From positions 93,998 through 157,997 of IMG/VR virus record IMGVR_UViG_3300045738_001212: a stretch of 64,000 nt of DNA. One strand, given 5' to 3'. Both the position numbers and the translations under genes were made by a program. The stretch comes from a virus. The notes beneath the pieces are model-generated. The model was not told the origin of the DNA, searched no databases, and saw nothing but the letters and a program-made list of their open reading frames with translations. Each line of letters begins with the position of its first letter. The first letter of the stretch is position 1. Shown here piece by piece: positions 7,125-16,825 of this stretch.

Positions 7125-9470
7125 TTACGAGCCACAGGCTTCACAATTTTGAGGATCGCTTATTGAGCACGATAGGTCCGGTGTTTTTTCAGATTCCACC
7201 CCTAGTCCTTTTAGGGCAAAAGCTTTCGGTTGAGTGCGTAAATAATACATTCCTGTCTTAAGACCCTTCTCCCATCCGTAAAAATGAGCACTGTTTAACA
7301 TGCCAACGGTGGGTTCTGCCATGAATAAATTCATAGATTGAGATTGGCAAACATAAATCCCCCTTTCTGATGCCATATCTATAATTGATCGCTGCGGTAT
7401 CTCCCAGACGGTTTTATAAAGTTTCTTAACGTCCTCGGGTATAGCAGTGATTTCTTGGACAGACCCATCGTTCTCGTAAAGTTTTAACTTCATTTCCTCG
7501 TCCCAAAGATTCAAGTTAATTAAATCTTGAATAAGATGTTTGTTGATGACGACGAACTCTCCTCCCAAGGTGTTCCTTTTATAGAGGTTACTCGTAAACG
7601 GTTCAAAGCATTCGTTGTTGCCAAGTATCTGAGCGGTAGAAGCGGTGGGCATGGGAGCAATCAAAAGCGAATTCCTTGCTCCATGTTTAAGTAAAGCTTT
7701 CCTTAACTCTTCCCAATCCCACGTTTTAGAAGGTGTCGCTTTCCAAAGGTCAAATTGAAATTTACCTTCTGATAGGGGCGAGCCTTTATAGGAATCATAA
7801 GCTCCTTCTTTTTTCGCTAGGTGCACTGAGGCCCACATGGCTCCGTGATAAATTGCCGCAAACACTTCTTTGTTTAATTCTCTTGCGTCCGGTGAGTCGA
7901 ACGCATAACCCATAAGGACGAAGGTGTCCGCTAACCCCTGAACCCCAATCCCTATGGGGCGATGACGTAAGTTGGATTTTTCTGTTTCTTTCGTGGGGTA
8001 AAAATTAATATCTATAACCCTATTAAGATTAAGAGCTATTTGATATGCTGTTTCTTCCAGCCTCTTCAAGTTGTACGTTCTCTTTGATTTTTTTTGCGAA
8101 CGAATTTGACCACTTGGTATTTCTACAAATTTATTTAAGACAATGCTCGCCAGATTACATACGGCTTGCTCTTTGTGATCTGAGTACTCTATGATTTCGG
8201 TGCAAAGGTTACTGGATTTTATTGTCCCAATATTTTTTTGATTGGATTTATTGTTGGCCGCATCTTTGTATAAAATGTAAGGGGTGCCTGTTTCTATTTG
8301 AGCTTTTAAAATTTCGGTCCATAGCTCTCTTGCTTTTACCTTTCTTCTAGCTAGTCCTTCTTTCTCATATTTTAAATACAGTTTCGTAAACTTTTTGCCC
8401 TTTGGGGTGTCAAAGATATCAGACAACCCCGGAGCGTCGTTCGGACAAAAAAGACTCCACTCTTCATCGTTCTTTACTCTCTCCATGAAAAGGTCTGGAA
8501 CCCACAGGGCGAGGAACAGGTCTCTGGTTCTCATTTCTTCTTTGCCGTGGTTTTTTCTAAGCTCTATGAACTCAAAAACGTCAGAGTGCCAAGGCTCAAG
8601 GTACACAGCAAACGACCCCTTACGTTTACCTCCTTGATTAATCCATCTAGCTATTTCGTTATAGGTCCGCATCATTGGGACCAGCCCGTCTGACTGCCCA
8701 CCCGTCCCAAGAATAGCACTACCCTTAGCTCTTACGTTATGGACATGAATACCTACGCCCCCTGCCCACTTGGAAATGTTTGCTACGTCTTTAATGGTAT
8801 CAAATAACCCGTCAATGCTGTCTCCTTTGTTGGCGATTAAAAAGCATGAGGCTAATTGGCTGGTAGGAGTTCCCGCGTTAAATAAGGTAGGAGTTGCGTG
8901 GGTAAAATACCCTTCAGACAACAGGTCGTAAGTTTTTTGTACGTTCTCAAGATCGTCCCCCCAGATTCCTAACGCCACCCTCATGTACAGATATTGTGGG
9001 CATTCCGCGAGTTCTCCATCCACCTTTTGTAAATAGCTCCTTTCGAGAGTTTTGAACCCGAAATAGTCAATGTTAAAATCCCTATCTCCCACAATCATAG
9101 AGTTTATTTTCCGAGCATTGGATTTAATTATTTCATATGTCTCCTCTGAAAGCTTCCCTGCTTCATAGATTCTCTTGGAATTCTTAGAGAAGGGTTTCAT
9201 CAGACCCTTATAGAGCCTTGTGATAGCAATACGTGAGCCCAGTAGGGAATAGTCAGGATGAATAGAAGACAAACTCGCCGCTGTTTCAGCCGCAAGGTTG
9301 TCTAACTCCGTGGTAGTAATGCCGTCATGAAGCCCGGAGATGGTCTTTTTAACCACTTCCATGTAGTCCACGTAGTCTGGGTTCAGATCATACGTCTGTT
9401 TCTTTATCCTAGCTGTAATTTTATCAAGCTTTACGGGCTCGGAACTGCCGTCTCGTTTTAAAACTTCCAT
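7125..9470 (-). CDS. nrdA: ribonucleotide reductase class Ia alpha subunit
   Basis: N-terminal ATP cone (VLKRDG), ATPTLFNAG, SSNLCTEI, APMPTASTAQ, LKTGMYYLR, C-terminal CEAC. Confidence 0.97.
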   Translation of the reverse strand: MEVLKRDGSSEPVKLDKITARIKKQTYDLNPDYVDYMEVVKKTISGLHDGITTTELDNLAAETAASLSSIHPDYSLLGSRIAITRLYKGLMKPFSKNSKRIYEAGKLSEETYEIIKSNARKINSMIVGDRDFNIDYFGFKTLERSYLQKVDGELAECPQYLYMRVALGIWGDDLENVQKTYDLLSEGYFTHATPTLFNAGTPTSQLASCFLIANKGDSIDGLFDTIKDVANISKWAGGVGIHVHNVRAKGSAILGTGGQSDGLVPMMRTYNEIARWINQGGKRKGSFAVYLEPWHSDVFEFIELRKNHGKEEMRTRDLFLALWVPDLFMERVKNDEEWSLFCPNDAPGLSDIFDTPKGKKFTKLYLKYEKEGLARRKVKARELWTEILKAQIETGTPYILYKDAANNKSNQKNIGTIKSSNLCTEIIEYSDHKEQAVCNLASIVLNKFVEIPSGQIRSQKKSKRTYNLKRLEETAYQIALNLNRVIDINFYPTKETEKSNLRHRPIGIGVQGLADTFVLMGYAFDSPDARELNKEVFAAIYHGAMWASVHLAKKEGAYDSYKGSPLSEGKFQFDLWKATPSKTWDWEELRKALLKHGARNSLLIAPMPTASTAQILGNNECFEPFTSNLYKRNTLGGEFVVINKHLIQDLINLNLWDEEMKLKLYENDGSVQEITAIPEDVKKLYKTVWEIPQRSIIDMASERGIYVCQSQSMNLFMAEPTVGMLNSAHFYGWEKGLKTGMYYLRTQPKAFALKGLGVESEKTPDLSCSISDPQNCEACGS

Positions 9471-9472
9471 CT

Positions 9473-10432
9473 TTAAAAATCCGCATCAAAGGTTAGTTCT
9501 TGGTTTGGTGAGCCTACGTTAGCTTTAGCGTACTCAGCCACCCTCTTCTCAAAAAAATTAGTTTTATTTTGCAGAGCTATGTTCTGCATAAAATCAAAGG
9601 GGTTCTTGGTGCCGTATGTCTTTTCACACATTAAGTCAGCCAAAAGCCTGTCGGCCACGAACTCAAGATACTGCCTCATCAGACCACAATTCATCCCAAT
9701 TAAATCGACTGGCAAGGAGTCAGTAATGAACTCCTTTTCAATTTCCAACGCCGAGGCAATTATTTCTTTAATCCTGTCTTCTGAAACCTTGTTGACTACG
9801 TGATGATTATGAAGGTGGCAAGCAAAGTCGCAATGTAAGCCTTCGTCCCTGCTGATAAGTTCATTTGAGAAACTCAGACCGGGCATTAGCCCTCTCTTCT
9901 TCAACCAAAAAATTGAACAAAAACTACCGCTAAAAAAGATTCCCTCTACAGCGGCAAAGGCGACGAGTCTTTCTGCAAAACTGTCAGAGTCAATCCACTC
10001 CAAAGCCCAGACAGCCTTCTTCTTCACGCAGGTGATCTCCTCTATGGCGTTGAAATATTTTAGCTGCTCTACGGGGTCTTTCACATAGGTGTCGATTAAC
10101 AACGAATACATCTCGCTGTGGACATTTTCCATCATGATCTGGAAACCATAAAAAAACTTAGCTTCTGCATATTGGACCTCACTCACAAAATTTTCAGCAA
10201 GGTTTTCGTTAACTATCCCATCAGAGGCAGCGAAGAAAGCCAACACATTGTTAATGAAATGCTTTTCTCCACTCGTCAAGTTTTCGTACTGGGCCAAATC
10301 GTCAGACAGATCGACCTCCTCCGCTGTCCAAAAGCTTGCTTCTGCTCTCTTGTAGAAATCCCAAATGTCGGGATGCTTGATCGGGAAAATAACGAAGCGG
10401 TTCGGGTTGTTTACGAGGATGGGTTCTTCCAT
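9473..10432 (-). CDS. nrdB: ribonucleotide reductase class Ia beta subunit
   Basis: [47 protein letters not shown]. Confidence 0.97.
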   Translation of the reverse strand: MEEPILVNNPNRFVIFPIKHPDIWDFYKRAEASFWTAEEVDLSDDLAQYENLTSGEKHFINNVLAFFAASDGIVNENLAENFVSEVQYAEAKFFYGFQIMMENVHSEMYSLLIDTYVKDPVEQLKYFNAIEEITCVKKKAVWALEWIDSDSFAERLVAFAAVEGIFFSGSFCSIFWLKKRGLMPGLSFSNELISRDEGLHCDFACHLHNHHVVNKVSEDRIKEIIASALEIEKEFITDSLPVDLIGMNCGLMRQYLEFVADRLLADLMCEKTYGTKNPFDFMQNIALQNKTNFFEKRVAEYAKANVGSPNQELTFDADF

Positions 10433-10505
10433 TACTCAAGTATCATATCATAATCTGTTTTGAATGGAAGGAAAAAGAGAAGCGGTCTGGCGTTTTGCCT
10501 AAAGC

Positions 10506-10787
10506 CTAAGAGGGATTGAGCATCTCTTCAACCGTGTCGGACACGAGATTGATGAACTCTGCGGCTGACAGTTCCATTGCCGTTCCTATCTCGATCTTGG
10601 ATGAAATCTTCTCGTCTAGCCCAAAACCCTCCTCCACCACAAGAAAGACTTCGAGTATGGCTATCGAATCAAAATCAAGTTCCTTCACCTTTCTTTTCAA
10701 AAAGAAATCTTCAAACTCAAAGTCCTCGAAAGAGTAGTGTCCTTTCAAAATTAAAACGAGCTTTTCTTTGGTCTTGATCGAGTTCAT
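10506..10787 (-). CDS. acyl carrier protein-like
   Basis: 93 aa acidic protein; LDFDSIAILEVFLVVEEGFG matches the ACP attachment helix (LGxDSL...EEEFG). Confidence 0.75.
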   Translation of the reverse strand: MNSIKTKEKLVLILKGHYSFEDFEFEDFFLKRKVKELDFDSIAILEVFLVVEEGFGLDEKISSKIEIGTAMELSAAEFINLVSDTVEEMLNPS

Positions 10788-11389
10788 ATCTCCAGAAAAA
10801 TCTCTTCATTGGAAGAGAATATAATTTTTTTTGTTTTTAAAATTTCTTTCATCTTGGGCATCAGGGCCGTCTCTTTATTCTGTTGGACAAACTGCACGTA
10901 GTAGTCTTCAACCATCTTTCTCCTCTGCTCAAGTTTACATTTACACCCATTCGTAATCGATTCGACCGCTGACTTCACAGAGTCTATCGCTGGGTGCTGC
11001 CATTCGTCAAACTGTTCTCTGTTTATGGTAAAAAAATCTCTAAGATCAAAACAATTTGCAAAAGTAAACTCTTCCTTCTCCTCGTCAAGATACTCTCGGA
11101 CCTCGGGAGGCAAATCTTCTTTCGTGAGTTCCGGTTCGGGGAGGGGTGGCTCTTCTGGAATCGTCCCTTTAGCGAGCATCCTGCGCTGCATTTCTTCCGC
11201 CTTCTCTGCCGAGTTATTTAAATCCTCCCTTTCTTTTAGCTCGTCTTCAGAAAAAAAGCTCGACACGTCTTCCAAGGGAGGGTCGGGGTCAGAAGGCATC
11301 CTGTGCTCTACGGTATGCTCAGGGCTTTCTAAAACGCCTTTGTTCTGGCCTATCTGTTTTAGGATTCTATTGAGTGCCGGGTGATCCAT
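10784..11389 (-). CDS. hypothetical protein
   Basis: 201 aa; acidic/Pro-rich N-half, GCKC motif. Confidence 0.7.
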   Translation of the reverse strand: MDHPALNRILKQIGQNKGVLESPEHTVEHRMPSDPDPPLEDVSSFFSEDELKEREDLNNSAEKAEEMQRRMLAKGTIPEEPPLPEPELTKEDLPPEVREYLDEEKEEFTFANCFDLRDFFTINREQFDEWQHPAIDSVKSAVESITNGCKCKLEQRRKMVEDYYVQFVQQNKETALMPKMKEILKTKKIIFSSNEEIFLEI

Positions 11390-11390
11390 G

Positions 11391-11750
11391 TTATCTATCC
11401 GACGCTTTCACCACAGCCTTCAAGGTAAAAAATAAAAGCCAAGCGAAAACGATCTCTCTAAATATTATAGAGGAAGACATCTCCTTATTATACAGAAAAG
11501 ACACAAGAGGAGCCACCCACACCATCAAACAAACAGGGCAAGTCACGAGCTTCACAAAAAAAGAGCTAGGAAACCTCATCAACAGATGGGTATGATAATC
11601 AAACATTGGCTTCTCCTCTTTCTCGCTCAGGTATTTCCCCAAGCCGAACCAATAAAGACCGAAGGTCTTGCTGTACACTTCAAATGCGTCCGTCTCAAAC
11701 CAAGCGTACATCAAAACAACGGTAATGAAAGTGGGATATAAAAACTCCAT
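11391..11750 (-). CDS. membrane protein with CxxC (DUF1360-like)
   Basis: Three hydrophobic segments, LVTCPVCLMVW. Confidence 0.6.
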   Translation of the reverse strand: MEFLYPTFITVVLMYAWFETDAFEVYSKTFGLYWFGLGKYLSEKEEKPMFDYHTHLLMRFPSSFFVKLVTCPVCLMVWVAPLVSFLYNKEMSSSIIFREIVFAWLLFFTLKAVVKASDR

Positions 11751-11751
11751 A

Positions 11752-12171
11752 TTAGGTAAATTTCAATAGTTCAATGTTGTAAAATCCAAGTATCTCTTTA
11801 GCCTTGTCGTCGTTCTTGTAGTCCTCGTGGTACAAAACCTCTTTCACTCCATAGGCTGCTATCATAGTAGCGCAAAACGAGCAAGGCAACAAGCTAACAG
11901 CCAGCAGTTCCACCTCCCCTTTCTTGCATAAAGAAAGACAGTTTGTTTCAGCGTGGATCATGTAGGGACGCCGAGCGTCCCTATCCTTCCAGAAAGACGG
12001 AGGAGCATCCCGCCCCGAGGCCAACCCATTATACCCAAGCCCCAAGACCATGTGGTCTTTACCAAAGGCGCAAGCCCCCACTTTGTGGTGAGGGTCTTCG
12101 CTTCTTTTAGCCGCAGCGAAGGCCAAAAGCATGGCGTATTCGTACCAATCTATCCTTTCCTCTTCAAACAT
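11752..12171 (-). CDS. dCMP deaminase
   Basis: RSEDPHHKVGAC, GYNG, HAETN, PCSFC zinc motifs. Confidence 0.93.
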   Translation of the reverse strand: MFEEERIDWYEYAMLLAFAAAKRSEDPHHKVGACAFGKDHMVLGLGYNGLASGRDAPPSFWKDRDARRPYMIHAETNCLSLCKKGEVELLAVSLLPCSFCATMIAAYGVKEVLYHEDYKNDDKAKEILGFYNIELLKFT

Positions 12172-12238
12172 CAGCTAGGATACTATCACACAGAAACAAA
12201 AAAACAAATATTTTTTACCCGGAACAAGTACAATAAGA

Positions 12239-12703
12239 GTGACCGTATACGAAGCTTATTCAAAACTTTGGGAGTATTTCAAGGATACGGACTCTTTTGT
12301 CATGGAGGAAGACTTTCGCAAGGTCTCCCTCGTTTCAGATACCCCGACGAGAGACAGGGCGGCGTTTCAATCAGCCCTTGACGACTGGGCAAAGCAAGAC
12401 ATTCTAACTCGCCAAGTCCAACACGTCTGGAACAAGGAGATCAAAGACAACGAGACCAAAACAGTCTACGTCCTCAGAAAACCCCTCGACTCAAATGAGC
12501 AGTCAATCAGTGTTCACGCAAACCTCGCAACCTACATGATGAAGGAGATAAACAGTTTCTGCGAACTCATTGATGACAAAACTGACCTCTGCGACCCAAC
12601 GGATTTGCGTAGCAAAGACATTTTGAACTTGATCCATATCCTAAATTTCTACAAAAACAAATACCAAGAAGAGATAGGAATGGACAATGAAAAAGATGAT
12701 TGA
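12239..12703 (+). CDS. hypothetical protein
   Basis: 154 aa GTG-start ORF at the strand switch. Confidence 0.7.
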   Translation: MTVYEAYSKLWEYFKDTDSFVMEEDFRKVSLVSDTPTRDRAAFQSALDDWAKQDILTRQVQHVWNKEIKDNETKTVYVLRKPLDSNEQSISVHANLATYMMKEINSFCELIDDKTDLCDPTDLRSKDILNLIHILNFYKNKYQEEIGMDNEKDD

Positions 12704-12727
12704 CACCGAAACAGGTTCCGGTATGAT
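12700..12727 (+). promoter_or_regulatory. sigma70-like promoter
   Basis: TTGACA-16-TATGAT; -35 box contains the TGA stop of the upstream ORF. Confidence 0.7.
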
Positions 12728-13080
12728 GCTCAAGTCAAAAGGGAAGAGCCCCTTTCAGCCCACCGGGAGTAAACGGCAGGGTTTCCCAAGGTGAGTGAAT
12801 TTCACAGGACTTGAGCGTGGGTCCATATCCGAAGGGCAAACCGCTTTCAAAAAAAACTGACAGGTAGTCCCTGTCGCATAACCCCGGCGTGATGCGGGTA
12901 ATCACTGTAATGAGTTTTTAGCACAGTTTCTCACCCTGTAATAAGGGAGGTGATCCAAAGTACTTGGTTGTACGTGGGCTGGCTACCCACTTAAAAAACT
13001 TTAGCCCTCAAAAGGAAATCAATGTACCCTTACCCCCCAAAAGGGGGTATTGTACCTATTTGCTAAAAGGAAAGTGCAAC
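12728..13080 (+). ncRNA. candidate structured non-coding RNA of unknown family
   Basis: About 400 nt without a credible CDS; many hairpins and long-range complementarity (12756-63 with 12974-81; 12728-36 with 12808-16); own promoter. Confidence 0.5.
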
Positions 13081-13110
13081 ATACGATACGTAAGATACGT
13101 AAGATACGAT
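13081..13110 (+). repeat. short direct repeats (G)ATACG(TAA) directly before ATG 13111
   Basis: atacgatacgtaagatacgtaagatacgat. Confidence 0.75.
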
Positions 13111-13752
13111 ATGAGTAACATATACATTGGTCTCGCTGGCGTCGCCGGATCAGGCAAAGACCTTTTCTTTTCCATGCTCTCCGAAAGGATGCAGTGCCAA
13201 CGCTTTTCCCTCGCAGACGCCCTTAAGAAAGAAGTGTCCGAGTTCACCAAATGGTCCTACGGCATAGACCCACTCACTTGCTCCCGTAAGGACAAGAACC
13301 TAATTAGACCCTTCCTTGTCTTTCACGGCTCCATGAAAAGAAGCAGGACTAATGGTAGATATTGGATAGATCAAATGAATAATAAAATTTTAAAAAATAA
13401 AACAACCAGTAAGATCGTCATAATAACAGACGTTAGGTATGACGACTACCCTAGAGACGAGGCATATTGGTTGAAAAAGGAGCTTGGGGGCTACCTTGTT
13501 CACATTTCTTTGTACGATGACATCCCTAGATTAAGTTCATCTTACAAGAAATATAAACCCCCCGCGAACGAGGAAGAAAGAAGGAATGACCCCAAATTGA
13601 AAGCCCAAGCTGATTATTTAATCGATTGGGGAAGGGTCAAAGGAGTCGTTAAGCCGCAACTCATACCGTTTGTAGATGAGTTCATTGAGTGGCTCAATAG
13701 AAAAGAAGACGGACTCTCAGCTTACGAAAAAGCTGAAGAAGGACGGGTGTGA
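13111..13752 (+). CDS. deoxynucleoside monophosphate kinase-like P-loop protein
   Basis: Start at MSNIYIGLAGVAGSGKD (P-loop); FSLADALKKEV; IITDVRY. Confidence 0.85.
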   Translation: MSNIYIGLAGVAGSGKDLFFSMLSERMQCQRFSLADALKKEVSEFTKWSYGIDPLTCSRKDKNLIRPFLVFHGSMKRSRTNGRYWIDQMNNKILKNKTTSKIVIITDVRYDDYPRDEAYWLKKELGGYLVHISLYDDIPRLSSSYKKYKPPANEEERRNDPKLKAQADYLIDWGRVKGVVKPQLIPFVDEFIEWLNRKEDGLSAYEKAEEGRV

Positions 13753-14290
13753 GCAAAGCTTTCTAGAGCTCTGCCGGAGATATGAAAATGTATACTATAA
13801 AATCTGCCAAAAATATCGATACACCCTCATTAAAGCTGGCGTTCAACCGGAAGATGTATTCGCAGAGAAAGACATGATCGTGCTAAAATGCGCCCTGTCG
13901 TTCGACCCCTCTAGAAAAACCAAATTCTCCACTTGGCTGGGAAACTACGCTAAATTTACCTGTCTCAACTTTGTAAATTCAAAAAGATATATCTTCAATG
14001 CTGACACTGAAGAGCTTCACGACTTTATAGGAGAAATCCAATGTGCCCCAAAAGCCGAAGACTTTTCAGAGGAAGCTGGGATAGCCTTGGAGATTTTAAA
14101 CAGCCTTAAAGACGAAAGGATAAAAAAAATCTTTAACATGAGGTACTTTCGTGATAAAAAGAAAGATGGCACTTGGAAAAAAATCTCAGAGAAGCTAGGC
14201 ATAAGCATTCAAACCGCTATAAACCTACATAAAAAAGGTCTTAGGCTTTTAAGGAGTAGATTAAGCAACAAAATAAACATTGACATGTGA
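13676..14290 (+). CDS. sigma-70 family RNA polymerase sigma factor (phage late-type candidate)
   Basis: Region 2 FDPSRKTKFSTW; region 4 HTH TWKKISEKLGISIQTAINLHKKGLRLLR. Confidence 0.85.
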   Translation: MSSLSGSIEKKTDSQLTKKLKKDGCEQSFLELCRRYENVYYKICQKYRYTLIKAGVQPEDVFAEKDMIVLKCALSFDPSRKTKFSTWLGNYAKFTCLNFVNSKRYIFNADTEELHDFIGEIQCAPKAEDFSEEAGIALEILNSLKDERIKKIFNMRYFRDKKKDGTWKKISEKLGISIQTAINLHKKGLRLLRSRLSNKINIDM

Positions 14291-14308
14291 CCAGAACAAG
14301 GGTACATT
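14280..14308 (+). promoter_or_regulatory. sigma70-like promoter
   Basis: TTGACA-17-TACATT. Confidence 0.6.
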
Positions 14309-14317
14309 CTCCCGAGT

Positions 14318-14620
14318 ATGACTGATACAAATACAAATAAAGAACCAAGTGAGTGGACAAAACGCGAAATCGGAGCCTTGTGGATACGGGAAAGTCCTAA
14401 TCAAAAATACTTTTCTGGACACTTCACGACTCAAGATGAAATGGGAGTGGAAAAAAAGGTTAAAGTGGTGATCTTCACCAACAAGCATAAAAAGAAAGAT
14501 AACCATCCCGACTTCCGCATTTACCGCTCAGAACCCCAAGCCGCACAGGCGACTGCTGCGACGGAAGAAGTAGCAGAAGTTATGGGAGAAACTAACGTGG
14601 TAGAAGAAGAATTAATCTAA
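14318..14620 (+). CDS. DUF736-like protein with acidic tail (possible ssDNA binder)
   Basis: EIGALW...KYFSG...NHPDFRIY pattern; acidic C-terminus. Confidence 0.6.
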   Translation: MTDTNTNKEPSEWTKREIGALWIRESPNQKYFSGHFTTQDEMGVEKKVKVVIFTNKHKKKDNHPDFRIYRSEPQAAQATAATEEVAEVMGETNVVEEELI

Positions 14621-15721
14621 ATGTCTTCAATCGCCTTCAATGTACCGATAAATTCGGTCTCGTTCGGGCAAATATCGACCCTCCTGTTAAAGACCTATCA
14701 CAAGAAGTCTTTGGCAGGAGAGTCCTTGCCTGAGCTTAAGGTTTTCCCTTTGGGTGGGCAGGTTGACCTTTCCTCTCAGAAAAAAGACGACCTGTTCGAT
14801 CTGTGGTTGAACAAAAGAAGCACGGAAGCGTTGGAGAGTCATAAAAAAAGCGATCCATGTTTTAAGCTGTGGCATTTAGTTGGATCAATAGAATCTTTCT
14901 CCTGTGATCAAACTCTATTTTCTTTTTATGAACTAAATTCTCCGACCAAGGTTGAAACCAATATAGTAAAGAATAATAGAACTATTTTTAGTTCCCAATA
15001 CACTTGCGACATATTTAAAAGCTCGGGAGTAGACACTGAATACGTCCCCCTAGCATTTGATGACTTCAATTTCAAAAGACTAGAGGGCAAGGAGTACTTT
15101 TCTGACGGAAGAATAACTTTTGGGCTTGTCGGCAAAATGGAGAGAAGAAAGAGGCACGATAAAATCCTTAGTGCGTGGGCTAAAAAATTTGGAGATGATA
15201 AAAGATACGCCCTACATTGCGCTCTATACAATCCCTTCCTCAACCCAGAGCAAAACAACGCCTTCGTCCACAAAGCCCTGAATGGAAAGAAATATTTTAA
15301 TATAAACTTCTTGAATTACATGGGCGAAAATGAAACCTATAATGATTACCTTAATTCAATAGATATAATCATCGGCATGTCAGGCGGCGAAGGGTGGGGA
15401 CTCCCAGAATTTCATACGGTTGCAATAGGTAAACACGGAATAATTATGGACGCTCACGGATATAAGGGATGGGCAAATGAAAAAAATGTTACCTTGGTCG
15501 GTCCCTCTGGGAAAATTGATGCTGCTGACGGTATATTTTTCAGTAAAGACGTAAACCATAATCAAGGTCAAATCTTTGATTTCGATGAGGATGATTTTAT
15601 ATCTGCCTGTGAAGAAACCATAAAGAAATATGAGGCTAACCCCAAAAACGAAGAAGGCATTAAGCTTCAAAAAGAGTTTACAAAAGACAAGTTCCTAAAC
15701 AATATACTCTCAAAGATATGA
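14621..15721 (+). CDS. GT-B glycosyltransferase (GT4-like)
   Basis: FGLVGKMERRKRHD and SGGEGWGLPEFH (E-x7 motif region). Confidence 0.85.
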   Translation: MSSIAFNVPINSVSFGQISTLLLKTYHKKSLAGESLPELKVFPLGGQVDLSSQKKDDLFDLWLNKRSTEALESHKKSDPCFKLWHLVGSIESFSCDQTLFSFYELNSPTKVETNIVKNNRTIFSSQYTCDIFKSSGVDTEYVPLAFDDFNFKRLEGKEYFSDGRITFGLVGKMERRKRHDKILSAWAKKFGDDKRYALHCALYNPFLNPEQNNAFVHKALNGKKYFNINFLNYMGENETYNDYLNSIDIIIGMSGGEGWGLPEFHTVAIGKHGIIMDAHGYKGWANEKNVTLVGPSGKIDAADGIFFSKDVNHNQGQIFDFDEDDFISACEETIKKYEANPKNEEGIKLQKEFTKDKFLNNILSKI

Positions 15722-16476
15722 TGACACCAGAATTCACAATCAGAACATTCACCGACGACCAATACGTCCTAGATAAAATCTTCTACGCGAACAACTATAG
15801 ACTTAAAAAGTTCCCCGAAGAAGGTGAGTCTGTAGTCGTGGATATCGGAGCACATACAGGATTCTTCTCTCTTCTTTGCCTAATGAGAAACGCCACTCAG
15901 GTTTACAGCGTGGAACCGTTTGGTGAAAACTACAGAATCCTATCAAGAAACACGGAAGCCTTTGCCGACAAATTAACCAGCATGAAGCTTGGCATTTATA
16001 CAGAAACAAAATTTGCTAGGCTAAAATATCCCAAACCCGAAAACAACTTTTTCTTTTTGAGCCATATCGGTTTTTACGATGGAGAAGAAGAAGCCTTTTC
16101 AGAGACGTGCCACTTCATTAAGCTGGATACCCTCTTGGGGGGGCTAACGGAGGAAAAGGTTGACCTATTAAAAATTCACATAGGCTATGGAGAGGCGGAC
16201 ATACTATTGTCTTCTGAAAAGATTGATAAGTGTAGGTTCGTTTGTGGGGAAACCTCTGCTAACGAAAAGAAACTTAAGGAACTGGTTCAATACATGACCG
16301 ACAAGGGGTTTCAAGATTCTTTCTTGTCTAAATCTAAAGAGAAAGAAGAGTTGCACATGTTTGTGTTTGCTAAAGATTCATGCCAAGAACTGTTTGACAT
16401 ATACGCCCCCGGTTCCGCCGAAGAAGCAGATCAACAGCAAGCGGAGACTGATCAAATGACGAAATTTTCCCCATGA
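15718..16476 (+). CDS. FkbM-family methyltransferase
   Basis: VVVDIGAHTGFFS, VYSVEP, VDLLKIHIGYGE. Confidence 0.85.
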   Translation: MMTPEFTIRTFTDDQYVLDKIFYANNYRLKKFPEEGESVVVDIGAHTGFFSLLCLMRNATQVYSVEPFGENYRILSRNTEAFADKLTSMKLGIYTETKFARLKYPKPENNFFFLSHIGFYDGEEEAFSETCHFIKLDTLLGGLTEEKVDLLKIHIGYGEADILLSSEKIDKCRFVCGETSANEKKLKELVQYMTDKGFQDSFLSKSKEKEELHMFVFAKDSCQELFDIYAPGSAEEADQQQAETDQMTKFSP

Positions 16477-16477
16477 T

Positions 16478-16825
16478 ATGCCAGTATATGAGTTTGAACA
16501 TCCCGAGACGGGAGAAATCGTAGACGTAGTGCAAAAGATGAGTGGCGAACACGTTTACGAAAACCCCAAAGGAGTAAAATGGAACAGGGTATGGATGTCT
16601 CCGAACGCCGCCATAAAGGACAACCTAATTAACGCGGACACGACAGCCGAAGAATTCGTGAGAAAAACCAAAGAGAAGAACTATAATGTAGGAGAGATGT
16701 GGGACTTATCTAAAGAACTCAGCGAAAAAAGAAAAAGAGTAGCAGGTAAAGATCATGTCAAAGAAAAAACGAAAAAAGCATACCAAAAAAAATGCGACAA
16801 GGCCCACCCTCATGGAAACGACTAA
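16478..16825 (+). CDS. FmdB-like ribbon protein lacking the zinc Cys
   Basis: MPVYEFEHPETGE N-terminus. Confidence 0.55.
   Translation: MPVYEFEHPETGEIVDVVQKMSGEHVYENPKGVKWNRVWMSPNAAIKDNLINADTTAEEFVRKTKEKNYNVGEMWDLSKELSEKRKRVAGKDHVKEKTKKAYQKKCDKAHPHGND

Noticed and set aside
12736-12915. Cobalamin riboswitch (AAAAGGGAA and ACTGTAA seen)
   Set aside because: The expected GGTG..AAnTCC and CCCgc elements and the B12 box are missing or in the wrong spacing.
12964-13110. N-terminal extension of the dNMP kinase ORF from TTG 12964
   Set aside because: The P-loop normally lies within the first residues; ATG 13111 fits this, and the extension translates hairpins and repeats.
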